Assembly (NCBI GenBank): GCA_963665295.1
Contig: OY762209.1
Span: forward strand, 5,088,001 to 5,152,000
From: Syntrophorhabdaceae bacterium
GTDB taxonomy: Bacteria; Desulfobacterota; Syntrophorhabdia; Syntrophorhabdales; Syntrophorhabdaceae
Direction of reading: 5' to 3'
Length of the DNA: 64,000 nt
The notes under the pieces were generated by a model. That model was not told the origin of the DNA. It searched no databases and was given only the letters and a program-made list of their open reading frames with translations. Both the position numbers and the translations under genes were made by a program. This document shows, piece after piece, positions 17,866 through 27,721 of this stretch. Position 1 is the stretch's first letter. Every line of letters begins with the position of its first letter.

Positions 17866-19914
17866 TCATTCGAGGGTGCCCTTCCCCGTCCCGGGTTTCA
17901 GGAAGACCGCAGTAACCGCACGGGCTTTATCCATGGTAACTATACAAGGCTCCGTGCCCGGACAATTCAGGGAAGCAGGTTTCCATCCCGTGAAAAGGGA
18001 ATCATTGTTTGCGGTTGCCGTGAGGGTTACCGCGTCATGGAAGGGATAGTATGCGGAGCAGGTGGAGCCGCAGGTGATACCGGAAGGCACGCTTGTCACG
18101 ACGCCATTGCCCTTTCCCATCTTGCGCTTTGAAACGGTCAGCTTCTGAGTTCCCGCAAACGTGGCGACCACTGTTTTTGCCTTATCCATGGTGACCGAAC
18201 AGGCTCCGGTCCCCGAACAGGCTCCGGTCCATCCCGTGAAGGTGGAGTTCGCTTCCGGGGAAGCAGAAAGGACCACCGCGTCATGGAAGGGATAGTATGC
18301 GGAGCAGGTGGAGCCGCAGGTGATACCGGAAGGCACGCTTGTCACGACGCCATTACCACCCTTTCCCGTCTTGCGCTTTGAAACGGTCAGCTTCTGAGGT
18401 CCCGCAAACGTGGCGACCACTGTCTTTGCCTTATCCATGGTGACCGAACAGGCTCCGGTCCCCGAACAGGCTCCGGTCCATCCCGTGAAGGTGGAGTTCG
18501 CTTCCGGGGAAGCAGAAAGGACCACAAGAGTGTTCGGATAGTAGCGAGTTCTGCAATGGGTGCCGCAATCGATCATGCCGTCCGTGCTCGTAATGGCTCC
18601 ATTCCCTGAATTCATCCTTCTCCTGATTGCTGCAAGCTCAACCTTCTTCGTCTCTGCCGGCTCAAACACAGCGGTCACATTCATATCGCTGCTCATGACT
18701 ACGGTGCATGTGGGTGATGCCCCGATACACGCTCCTGTCCAGTAAGCAAAGACAGACCCGGAAGCGGCTGCTGCAGTGAGCGTTACAGTGGTGTCGGGGA
18801 TAAAACGGGCGGCACAGGTTACGCCACAATCAATTTCGGCAGAAGAAGAACCAATGCTGCCGGAGCCGTTGCCGCATCTCGTGACAGCGAGGATGGGGAT
18901 GGCCGGCGACAGGAAGGCATAGGGCCCGCCGGATGTAGTATAGAAATACCCCACCACATCTCCTGCGTTATTTATGGCGGTGGCATAGGCCGTTGTTCCT
19001 CCCGGCGGAGTTCCGAGGTCCATCATGGCCCCATTGCTGTAAAGAAAAGCGCGGATATCGCTATCGTCATTATAAGAAATTCCCACCACCTGCCCTGCGT
19101 CGTTGATGCCATAGGCATAACTATTGGTTCCTCCCGGCAGGGTTCCGAGGTCCGTCATGGTCCCATCACTGTAAAGAAAAGCACGGACCAGATGATCCGC
19201 AGTATTGGCATAACCCACCACCTGTCCTGCGTTATTGATACCAAAGGCGTGACTATAGGTTCCTCCCGGCAGGGTTCCGAGGTCCGTCATGGTCCCATCA
19301 CTGTAAAGAAAAGCATGGTTGCTGCCGGAGGCAGCCCCTACTACCTGTCCGGCGTCGTTGATGCCATAGGCATCAACAGAGTACCCGAGTTTGATCAGCC
19401 GACGACTATTAACATTAAAAAGAAAAGACCAGGAGGTAACAATGCTCATTGGTCCTATTTCGTTGTAATACCCCACCGCGTCTCCGGCATTATTGACGCC
19501 ACGGGCAATGGTGTATGATAGCCTTTTTGGCGGATATCCGAAATGGATCACCGTTCCATTGGTGTAATAAAAGTTGCCCAAAGAGGACAACCCTACCACA
19601 TCCCCCGCGTCGTTAATACCGGTTCCGTGGCTATACTCCTCTCCTATCAGGACTCCGATATCCGTCATGGTCCCATCGCTAAAAAGAAAGGCGTGATACT
19701 GACCGGATGAAGTAACGGCTGTTCCCACTACCTGTCCGGCGTTGTTGATGTCCTTGGCCTGGCTCCAGGCTCCTCCCAAGGTTCCGAGGTTGATCATGTT
19801 TTCGGCTGCAAATGATCCGGGGGGATAGGACAAGAAAACCAGAAGGGTGTACAAAAATAGAGTTCCCGGAATACCCACCACAGATTTCGTTCGTCGCTGA
19901 GAACTTTTCTCCAT
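17866..19914 (-). CDS. Secreted HAF-repeat protein with InlB B-repeat-like domains
   Basis: Repeats of INDAGQVVG...HAFLYSDGTMTDLGTL; C-terminal repeats of STFTGWTGACSGTGACSVTMD; start after a G-rich RBS. Confidence 0.85.
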   Translation of the reverse strand: MEKSSQRRTKSVVGIPGTLFLYTLLVFLSYPPGSFAAENMINLGTLGGAWSQAKDINNAGQVVGTAVTSSGQYHAFLFSDGTMTDIGVLIGEEYSHGTGINDAGDVVGLSSLGNFYYTNGTVIHFGYPPKRLSYTIARGVNNAGDAVGYYNEIGPMSIVTSWSFLFNVNSRRLIKLGYSVDAYGINDAGQVVGAASGSNHAFLYSDGTMTDLGTLPGGTYSHAFGINNAGQVVGYANTADHLVRAFLYSDGTMTDLGTLPGGTNSYAYGINDAGQVVGISYNDDSDIRAFLYSNGAMMDLGTPPGGTTAYATAINNAGDVVGYFYTTSGGPYAFLSPAIPILAVTRCGNGSGSIGSSSAEIDCGVTCAARFIPDTTVTLTAAAASGSVFAYWTGACIGASPTCTVVMSSDMNVTAVFEPAETKKVELAAIRRRMNSGNGAITSTDGMIDCGTHCRTRYYPNTLVVLSASPEANSTFTGWTGACSGTGACSVTMDKAKTVVATFAGPQKLTVSKRKTGKGGNGVVTSVPSGITCGSTCSAYYPFHDAVVLSASPEANSTFTGWTGACSGTGACSVTMDKAKTVVATFAGTQKLTVSKRKMGKGNGVVTSVPSGITCGSTCSAYYPFHDAVTLTATANNDSLFTGWKPASLNCPGTEPCIVTMDKARAVTAVFLKPGTGKGTLE
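18029..18525. repeat. Near-perfect intragenic tandem duplication (~246-249 bp unit)
   Basis: Units start at 18029 and 18275 and differ by a few substitutions plus one 3-nt indel. Confidence 0.9.
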
Positions 19915-20103
19915 GACGATCCCCCCTTCCGCCCACACACCGGTGAACCGGTTATGGGCCCCTTCATTCAACCTGTGCTACTCTATGCAGGTATTGTCAA
20001 TACCATAAATCCGCCTCTGCCGACCAAAAATCAAAACTGCATAATTCAAAGATGACTGAAGAATTAAAAGGAGCAGTAAAGGGACCGGCCCTTTTACGCC
20101 CGT

Positions 20104-23100
20104 TTATTCTTCGTCGCCCCCACCTTCTTCCCTTGCAGCGGCCCCGTCGTTACCCGCAAGACCCACAGTGACTACGGGGGCATCGGGATCATTGGAAGGT
20201 ATGCTGAGGGTCGCCGTTGCAGGAGAGGTTGAGACAGGAGCGAACATCACCGATACGTGACACGTCTGGTTGGCGGAGAGGCTTTTCCCGAAGCACGTGT
20301 TTCTCGTAATATGGAATGAAATATCATCGCTCAGGGAGGCCGTACCCACGGTCAAAGCTTCCTTCCCTTCATTCTTGATCGTGAAGGAGGCAGTCTTGTG
20401 TGCCGGAGGCTTTACCATTCCGTAGTTCTTGTTTAAGGGACTCACGACAATGTCGGCTTCATCCTTGAACATCGCAGTCGCATTGATTGCGCCGTTCATA
20501 GTCACCCTGCAGGTATGTACCCCCGAACAATCCCCCGACCATCCCTTGAAGATCGAACCTTTGGCTGCTCTCGCGGTAAGGGTGACCTTTGTGGCCTCCC
20601 GGAAGTCGTATGCGCAGGTGTCCCCGCAATCGATCCCCTGAGGGGAGCTGGTTATGACGCCTGTGCCGGAACCTGCCTGGGAAACGGCCAAGGTGTAGAT
20701 CGGAGCGAAAGTCACCACTACCGTATGTTCTTTGGTCACATTGGTAATCACATAGGGGTTCGCGATAGCCACCGACCTTCCGTTGTCGGTAATTTTCGTT
20801 ATCCGGCAACCCGCGTCGGGAGTCATTGCAATAGATGCGCTATCCCCCTGTCTCACCTCCAGAGTGGCAGGGCTCACCGATCCGTGGCCGCTCAGGACCC
20901 AGGCACCGACTGTGTACGCTTTTGCCTCAAAATTGGCGGTCACGGAGGTATACTCGGTCATAGTAAGGGAGCATGTGGTCTTTGTCCCCGAACAGCCTCC
21001 CGACCATCCCGTAAACGTCGCATCCCTGGCAGGTTTTGCGGTAAGAGTGACCTTCTTGCCGTCGGTAAACCCGTAGGTACAGGTATCCCCGCAATTGATC
21101 CCTCGGGGATTGCTCGTAACCGTACCCGTGCCGGAGCCGGTCTTCACGACCTCAAGGGTTGCGATGGTGGAAAAAGTGACGGTCACATTGTGATCAGCGG
21201 TAACGTTGGACAGCAGGTAAGGGTTGGCAACGGCCACCGGCTGTCCGTTATCGATGATGCCGGCGATATTATAGCCGCTGTCGGGGGTGATGGTGATAGA
21301 GGCCGAGGCCCCATAGTTTACCTTCTGCGTCGCAGGGCTTACAGATCCATGGCTGCCGGAGACAACGGCGTTTACCGTGAAGGCATTGAGGGTGAATGTG
21401 GCCGTCACGGATTTGTTGGCCGTCATGGTAACGGTGCACACAGCGCCCGAGGATGAATCGCATCCGCTCCAGCTTGTGAAGGCGGAGCCTGTGCCGGGTA
21501 TGGCGGTGATGTTTACCACGGAACCCGTACTATAGGCTCCCGTACAGGTGGAACCGTTGCAGGTAAGGCCCGTTGCACTGAACGTGCCCGTACCGCTGCC
21601 TGTCTTCGAGACGGTGAGTACGTTCAAATCGGTTTGGAAGGTTACCACCACGGTGTGATCGGAAGTGACGTTGCTTATTACGTAAGGATTAGGGATCGCG
21701 GCTTTTCCGGATGCCCTCATTTTCGCAGCCGCCACACGGCCCTTCACGGTGGAGCGTTGATTGGCGGAACCCGTGACCGGCTGACCGTTATCGGTAATGG
21801 CGGCGACATAATAGTTCGTCTCGGGGGTCATGGTAATGGAAGCCGAGGCCCCATGGGAGACCTTCTGGGTTTCAGGAGAGACTGTCCCGTGCCCCTCCGG
21901 CGCGGAGGCGCCGACAGTATGAATGGCTGCCGCGAAGGTCGCGGTAACGGTGATGTCTCCGGTCATGGTTACCGTGCAGGTTCCTGTCCCCGAGCATCCC
22001 CCTCCCGACCATCCGGTGAAGGCGGAACCCGTATCAGGGACGGCTTGAAGCGTGACCTCAGTGTCTTTGACGAATGGCGCAGAGCAGGCATGGCCGAAAG
22101 GACCGCATGAGATGCCGGCGGGCGAAGAGCCGACCGCGCCTACACCGGCGCCCGCCCTTTCTACCGTGAGGATAGGGTTACCCAACGAATCCGACTGTGC
22201 GATACCAAAACTACCTACCCCCACAAAGGTATCGTTGCCGTAGATTATGCCTTTTAAAGGGGCAGACAAGCCGGCGGAATGATCAGTCCACGTAATGCCA
22301 TCGGGAGATCCAAGGAGAACCGGGGTAGTCGAATCACAACTCCCCACTGCCGCAAAGGTCCCGCCGCCATAGGCGATACCGTTCAGTCCACATTTTGTTC
22401 CCGATGATTGTTCAGCCCACGTGACGCCGTTCGAAGAGGTAAGGACAACTCCACCCGCCCCCACCGCCACGAAGGTGTTGTTGCCGTAGGCGACCCCATT
22501 AAGGCCGGTACCGCTTCCCACACTCCCTACGGACCACTCGACGCCATCGGGCGACGTAGCAAATACCCCCGTATACGTACCCGAATTGACTCTCTGCCCC
22601 ACTGCCACGAAGGTGTTGTTGCCGTAACTTATGGCCTTCAGAGAATCCGTTGTTCCCGATGATTGTTCAGTCCACGTAACGCCGTTCGGAGAGGTAAGGA
22701 CAGCTCCACCCGCCCCTACCGCCACGAAGGTGTCATAGCCGTAACAGATACCCCATAGATCATGCGTCGTCCCTGATGATTGCTTAGTCCATGTATTTCC
22801 GTCCGGAGAAAGGCAAACGTTGGCGGAGCCGCCTGCGACCGGGCTTCCCACGGCTGCGAAGGTATTATTGCCGTAAGCCACGCTCCTGAGCGAGGAAGTT
22901 ACACCAAAAACCGGCGGTCCCGCGTTAAACACCTCCGCCCATGTGGTGCCCCCGGAAGAGCTGAAAATGGTCCAAACCGGCCAACTTCCCGCGCCTCCCA
23001 CAGCTGCAAAGGTACCGTTGTCATAGGCAACGCCCGCAAATTGATAATACATGGAAACACTTACATATCTTGTGTGCCAGTTGTCAAGGGGGTTATACGC

Positions 23101-23427
23101 CGTACTGGAGGAGGTAACCGCCCGGCCTTCAGCGCCGGGACAGGCAACTTTGTTACCCGCACTGCCATAGCACCCTGTCTGTCCCGTTCGCGCCGGAGCA
23201 CCGACAGTTTCCGCGTAACCGGGCAAGACCCCACAGAACAGAATAATCAACGCGAGAACAAATGATCGTTTCGTGATACCCCCCTTCTTTTCAACGAAAC
23301 GTGGTGAACGCTTCCGAACACTGATGGAATGCAGCCATTGCGTGATGTCCACCAGGCCGGCCGACGGCATCCATGAGATGTCGCATGAACCGGTTGAACC
23401 TGGATCGCACAAATGATGGACAGGCAT
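20104..23427 (-). CDS. Large secreted protein: BNR/beta-propeller-like repeats, InlB B-repeat-like domains and a choice-of-anchor-D-like C-terminus (true start probably near 23274)
   Basis: Repeats of YGNNTFVAVG...LTSPNGVTW; repeats of FTGWSGGCSGT; C-terminal SIPSNDPD; signal peptide KRSFVLALIILFCGVLPGYA. Confidence 0.82.
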   Translation of the reverse strand: MPVHHLCDPGSTGSCDISWMPSAGLVDITQWLHSISVRKRSPRFVEKKGGITKRSFVLALIILFCGVLPGYAETVGAPARTGQTGCYGSAGNKVACPGAEGRAVTSSSTAYNPLDNWHTRYVSVSMYYQFAGVAYDNGTFAAVGGAGSWPVWTIFSSSGGTTWAEVFNAGPPVFGVTSSLRSVAYGNNTFAAVGSPVAGGSANVCLSPDGNTWTKQSSGTTHDLWGICYGYDTFVAVGAGGAVLTSPNGVTWTEQSSGTTDSLKAISYGNNTFVAVGQRVNSGTYTGVFATSPDGVEWSVGSVGSGTGLNGVAYGNNTFVAVGAGGVVLTSSNGVTWAEQSSGTKCGLNGIAYGGGTFAAVGSCDSTTPVLLGSPDGITWTDHSAGLSAPLKGIIYGNDTFVGVGSFGIAQSDSLGNPILTVERAGAGVGAVGSSPAGISCGPFGHACSAPFVKDTEVTLQAVPDTGSAFTGWSGGGCSGTGTCTVTMTGDITVTATFAAAIHTVGASAPEGHGTVSPETQKVSHGASASITMTPETNYYVAAITDNGQPVTGSANQRSTVKGRVAAAKMRASGKAAIPNPYVISNVTSDHTVVVTFQTDLNVLTVSKTGSGTGTFSATGLTCNGSTCTGAYSTGSVVNITAIPGTGSAFTSWSGCDSSSGAVCTVTMTANKSVTATFTLNAFTVNAVVSGSHGSVSPATQKVNYGASASITITPDSGYNIAGIIDNGQPVAVANPYLLSNVTADHNVTVTFSTIATLEVVKTGSGTGTVTSNPRGINCGDTCTYGFTDGKKVTLTAKPARDATFTGWSGGCSGTKTTCSLTMTEYTSVTANFEAKAYTVGAWVLSGHGSVSPATLEVRQGDSASIAMTPDAGCRITKITDNGRSVAIANPYVITNVTKEHTVVVTFAPIYTLAVSQAGSGTGVITSSPQGIDCGDTCAYDFREATKVTLTARAAKGSIFKGWSGDCSGVHTCRVTMNGAINATAMFKDEADIVVSPLNKNYGMVKPPAHKTASFTIKNEGKEALTVGTASLSDDISFHITRNTCFGKSLSANQTCHVSVMFAPVSTSPATATLSIPSNDPDAPVVTVGLAGNDGAAAREEGGGDEE

Positions 23428-23513
23428 CCTTGCAACACCCCGTCCGGCACAAATGCCGTGTATACTTGAATATTACTCCACTGAGAAAATAAGTCAAGAA
23501 ATATCGTGGAAAA

Positions 23514-23546
23514 GGCACTATAGTCCTAGTTTCGGACTATAGTGCC
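23514..23546. repeat. Perfect 13-bp inverted repeat
   Basis: GGCACTATAGTCC-tagtttc-GGACTATAGTGCC. Confidence 0.8.
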
Positions 23547-24028
23547 GCTCCCGACGCTCGAATCCGTGATGGTGGCAAGGTTTCCCCACAGTCACGGTAT
23601 CGCTGTGACACATTGAAGGCCGTCGGCCTCGGCCAAGAGGGTTCGGCCGCTCCGGAGGCGATTCGGTGGGGCGTAAATGAGGAAACAACGCATACGAAGT
23701 CAAACACTTTCTTCCTATGCGTCATCCACAGCCGCAGAGGTGGTAATGAACTACTGCTTTGCGGATACAACAACCAAAAATTATGCGACTTCTCGATCGA
23801 ATACCGCCTGAAAGCACGGGCCCCCGTCCCGGGTCTGTGGGAGACGTGTTGACTGGCGTGACAAAGTTTCCGATTCTGCCTCGTTAAGGGTTCTACAAGT
23901 CGATCCTTCTTAATTATGCCGTCCAGATGTCTATTGTCGCTCTATTTCACGCCCCATTTCCAAGCGGAAGAGTTCTGCAAACACTGTCAGACACCAGAAA
24001 GAGGTCATTTTGTCAATTCTGGTGCGCT

Positions 24029-24260
24029 TGCCCTGATTTCAATCTGCGCTTTACTTTTCCGGCGTCAATCGTTTGATAAATTCAATAGCGCCGGGTGGTG
24101 TAGGCGGGTGCATGGGGTGGAAGCTCAAGATGTGTCCGGCTGTGAGGCCTTGTAGGCCGTCGGCGTACTTGCCGTACGCCAGAGGACCAAGGCGTCGCAG
24201 AGGGGCGCATATTGAGTTTTCACCCCATGCACCCGCCTATCCACAAATAACTTAACCAAC
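24029..24260 (+). repeat. Structured ~230-bp repeat element, copy 1 (hairpin 24101..24239)
   Basis: Direct repeat of 27722..27952; terminal arms TAGGCGGGTGCATGGGGTG/CACCCCATGCACCCGCCTA. Confidence 0.9.
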
Positions 24261-24270
24261 TTGCTCAATC

Positions 24271-24290
24271 AAACAAACAAACAAACAAAC
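24271..24290 (+). repeat. (AAAC)5 simple sequence repeat
   Basis: aaacaaacaaacaaacaaac, intergenic, upstream of the hybrid kinase. Confidence 0.85.
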
Positions 24291-24477
24291 ATCAGTACCC
24301 ACTAAACTCCGACGGCCTCCGGCGCCATGACCCGAAACCGCCACTTACCCCAAGGGGCATTCTGGAAGACCGCAAAGAGGTGTCCTGGTTGAACAGGCTG
24401 CCCGACGATTCCTTGGATTATGGTCTATCTTTCCGCGCCAAGCGGTGCTATACTCCGAAATAATAAGGCGGAATTAA

Positions 24478-27400
24478 ATGGTTAACCGACGTTCCAAGAC
24501 AAAACGCGAACCTCTTCGCCCGCGCCGGCAAAATGTTCCGAACCAAGGCCGGAGCTTTCTACCCGGCGACGGGGAGATGAGAGCGCTGATTAACTCGAAG
24601 GACTGGTCGGCCACGCCGATAGGGCCGAGACAAGACTGGCCCGAAAGCTTGCATGCCGTCACCAATCTGGTCCTGGCCTGTAGTTTCCCTATGGCCATAC
24701 TCTGGGGAGCCGACCTCATTCTCATCTATAATGACGCCTACCGGATTATCGCCGCGGATAAGCATCCGGATGCATTGGGGCGGTCCACCAAAGATGTGTG
24801 GCCGGAAGTCTGGGAATTCAACAAACCGGTCTTCGAAAGGGTAATGATGCAAGGGGAAACCGTTCATTTCGAGGATCAGCTTTTCAGCATCTTCCGGAAC
24901 AGCCGCATGGAAGATGCCTATTTCACCCTTTCCTACAGCCCCATACGTTCCGAAGACGGCCACGTCGCGGCCACACTGGTGGTACTCGTTGAAACCACCC
25001 AACGGATACGTGCCGAAAATGAGCTTAAGACCTCCCACAGAGATCTGGAGAAGCGGATCAAAGAGCGGACCGCCGAATTGCAGGCCGAGATCACCGAACG
25101 CAGGCGGATGGAGAGGGAAACCCGGAAACTTTTAGCCGCTGTTCAAGAGGAAAAGGACAGGTTATCGGCTTTGGTAAGCAGCATCGAAGACGAGGTCTGG
25201 TTTGCGGACATGGACCATAACTTCACTCTCGCGAACCCGTCGGCCCTTCGGGAATTCGGCTTCGGAGTCGTCGATGGTATTGATGTAACGAAACTGGCAG
25301 CCGATCTGCAGGTTTGTCGCCCTGACGGCAGCCCCCGTCCCGCTGAAGAGAACCCTGCGTTGCGTGCCCTCAAGGGAGAGGTAGTCAGTAATCACGAAGA
25401 GATCGTCTGGAGTCCGGCAAGAGGCGAGTTACGCTACCGCGAAGCCAGCTCGGCGCCGGTGAGAGATGCAGGGGGCAGTATCGTCGGCTCGGTGTCGGTC
25501 GTTCGTGACATCACCGACCGAAAGCGGATGGAGGAAGCGCTTCGCGACAGTGAGCGCCTTTACCATGCCATAGGCGAGTCCATAGACTACGGCGTCTGGG
25601 TTTGTGCACCCGATGGCCGTAACATCTACGCAAGTGAGTCCTTTCTTAAAATGGTGGGCATGACTCAGGAACAGTGCTCCAACTTCGGCTGGGGCGACGT
25701 GCTCCATCCCGATGATGCAGAGCGGACCTTAGAGGCATGGAGGGAATGCGTAAGAACGGGAGGCACCTGGGACATCGAGCATCGTTTCCGTGGCGTGGAC
25801 GGCAGATGGCACCCGGTCCTGGCTCGGGGGCTCCCGGTGAAAAATGAGCATGGCGATATCATTTATTGGGCAGGCATAAATCTCGACATCAGCCGCATCA
25901 AGGATGCCGAACAAAAGCTGATGGTGAGTGAAGCCACCATGGAGGCTTTCTTTGACGCTTCACCCGGTATTCTCAATATTGAGGATGAAGCGTTCACGTA
26001 CATAAAGACGGACCGCGTGACCCCGACATACTTCGGACTCGATCGCCGGAGTATAATCGGAAAGTCGGTAAAGGACCTGGCGCCTGAATTCTTCGAGGAA
26101 AATGGCGCGATGATGACTCGCGTGATCGAATCAGGCCGGGCCGAGGTGAATGTCGAGGTGAAAAGCCCGGTATCGAGCAGGCCGGGAGAGATAGCTTATT
26201 GGCAGGCGTCCTATTTCCCGGTTCCTTTTCCCAACGGAAAACGGGGTATAGGGATAGTCGGTGTCGAAATAACTGAGATCAAAAAGGCCAGGGAGGCCCT
26301 CAAGCGCGCCCACGACGAACTGGAAGTCCGGGTAAAGGATCGCACTCTTCAATTGAGTCAAGCCTACGAAACCCTCCAACATGAAGTGAAGGAACGCAAG
26401 AAAACCGAAGACCAACTCCGTCAGTCCCAAAAGATGGAAGCCATTGGCACCCTCGCGGGAGGCATCGCACATGACTTCAACAACATCCTCGCGGCAATCC
26501 TCGGCTTCACGGAAATGGCCATCGATGATGTTCAGGACCGGCCGCTGGTGGAACAAAATCTTCATAATGTCCTCAAGTCTGCAATGAGGGCGAGAGACCT
26601 GGTGAAGCAGATCCTTGCTTTCAGCAGGAAAACCAATTACGAGAAAAAGCCTTTAGCTCTCACCCCGCTCATCGAAGAGACCATCCAACTCCTGAGAGCC
26701 TCCATCCCGACAACAGTGAAGATCAGGTCTTCTTGCACCGCCGGCACCGATACAATTCTCGCGTCCCCCGTGGAAGTGCAACAGGTTCTCATGAACCTCG
26801 CGACCAATGCCTCTCTCGCCATGCAGGAGGGCGGCGGGACCCTGGATATCAGTCTTAGCGATATAGATTTCACATCGGGCTTGTCGGTATCGGGCGTGGA
26901 TGTAGCGGCGGGAGAGTACCTGCAGCTGATGGTCAAGGACACCGGCGTCGGTATGAGTCCCGAGGTGATGAAGCGTGTCTTTGAGCCCTTCTTTACCACG
27001 CGGGAGGTGGGGAAAGGCACCGGCATGGGCCTTGCGGTAGTATATGGGATCGTGAAGGATTTGCAGGGCACGGTCTCCGTTGAAAGTAGACCCGGCATGG
27101 GATCCACTTTCCGGGTGATTCTCCCCAAGACAAAGGACGGGCTTAAAGAAGAGCGGCGACAGGCTGCTCAAACCCTTGGCGGCAACGAGACGGTCCTCTT
27201 TATCGATGACGAACCCATGCTCGTGGAATGGGGCCGGACCGTCCTTGAACGGCTTGGCTACAGAGTGATTGCCGTAACCGATAGCGCTGAGGCATTAAGA
27301 ACCTTCTCTTGCGATCCCTCCCCATTCGATCTTGTCGTTACCGATCACACCATGTCGGGATTGACGGGACTCCAACTCGCCGAAGAGCTGCTCATGATAC

Positions 27401-27567
27401 GACCCGATATCCCGATTATCCTCTGTACCGGCCATAGCGAGACGGTCTCCCCTGACATAGCAAAAGAGGTCGGCATAGAAGAATACCTCATGAAGCCTCT
27501 TTCCAAGCAGCAACTGGCTACCGCGGTTCGCCGTGTACTGGATACATGCATGGAGAAGAAATGGTAG
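24478..27567 (+). CDS. Cytoplasmic multi-PAS hybrid sensor histidine kinase/response regulator
   Basis: DWSATPIGPRQDWP N-terminus, several PAS/PAC domains, QKMEAIGTLAGGIAHDFNNIL, QVLMNLATNA, FEPFFTT...GTGMGL, C-terminal REC (FIDDE, TDHTM, MKP). Confidence 0.93.
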   Translation: MVNRRSKTKREPLRPRRQNVPNQGRSFLPGDGEMRALINSKDWSATPIGPRQDWPESLHAVTNLVLACSFPMAILWGADLILIYNDAYRIIAADKHPDALGRSTKDVWPEVWEFNKPVFERVMMQGETVHFEDQLFSIFRNSRMEDAYFTLSYSPIRSEDGHVAATLVVLVETTQRIRAENELKTSHRDLEKRIKERTAELQAEITERRRMERETRKLLAAVQEEKDRLSALVSSIEDEVWFADMDHNFTLANPSALREFGFGVVDGIDVTKLAADLQVCRPDGSPRPAEENPALRALKGEVVSNHEEIVWSPARGELRYREASSAPVRDAGGSIVGSVSVVRDITDRKRMEEALRDSERLYHAIGESIDYGVWVCAPDGRNIYASESFLKMVGMTQEQCSNFGWGDVLHPDDAERTLEAWRECVRTGGTWDIEHRFRGVDGRWHPVLARGLPVKNEHGDIIYWAGINLDISRIKDAEQKLMVSEATMEAFFDASPGILNIEDEAFTYIKTDRVTPTYFGLDRRSIIGKSVKDLAPEFFEENGAMMTRVIESGRAEVNVEVKSPVSSRPGEIAYWQASYFPVPFPNGKRGIGIVGVEITEIKKAREALKRAHDELEVRVKDRTLQLSQAYETLQHEVKERKKTEDQLRQSQKMEAIGTLAGGIAHDFNNILAAILGFTEMAIDDVQDRPLVEQNLHNVLKSAMRARDLVKQILAFSRKTNYEKKPLALTPLIEETIQLLRASIPTTVKIRSSCTAGTDTILASPVEVQQVLMNLATNASLAMQEGGGTLDISLSDIDFTSGLSVSGVDVAAGEYLQLMVKDTGVGMSPEVMKRVFEPFFTTREVGKGTGMGLAVVYGIVKDLQGTVSVESRPGMGSTFRVILPKTKDGLKEERRQAAQTLGGNETVLFIDDEPMLVEWGRTVLERLGYRVIAVTDSAEALRTFSCDPSPFDLVVTDHTMSGLTGLQLAEELLMIRPDIPIILCTGHSETVSPDIAKEVGIEEYLMKPLSKQQLATAVRRVLDTCMEKKW

Positions 27568-27721
27568 GCAGACCGATTCCGTTCGTTACCGTACCCACCA
27601 TGATCAACTGAAGCCTTTCTACGCGTATTCCACAGTCGCAGAGGCGGTAACCGCCCGGCCTTCGGCGATGGGATGCCGCCGGGATATCCGCAAAGGTCTC
27701 CCCTGTCATTGCGGCCACACA

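Noticed and set aside
23537..24255. Short ORFs in the 23.5-24.3 kb spacer as genes or a transposase remnant
   Set aside because: No RBS or recognisable motifs; the ORFs at 24073-24255 and 27533-27976 are just translations of the hairpin repeat.
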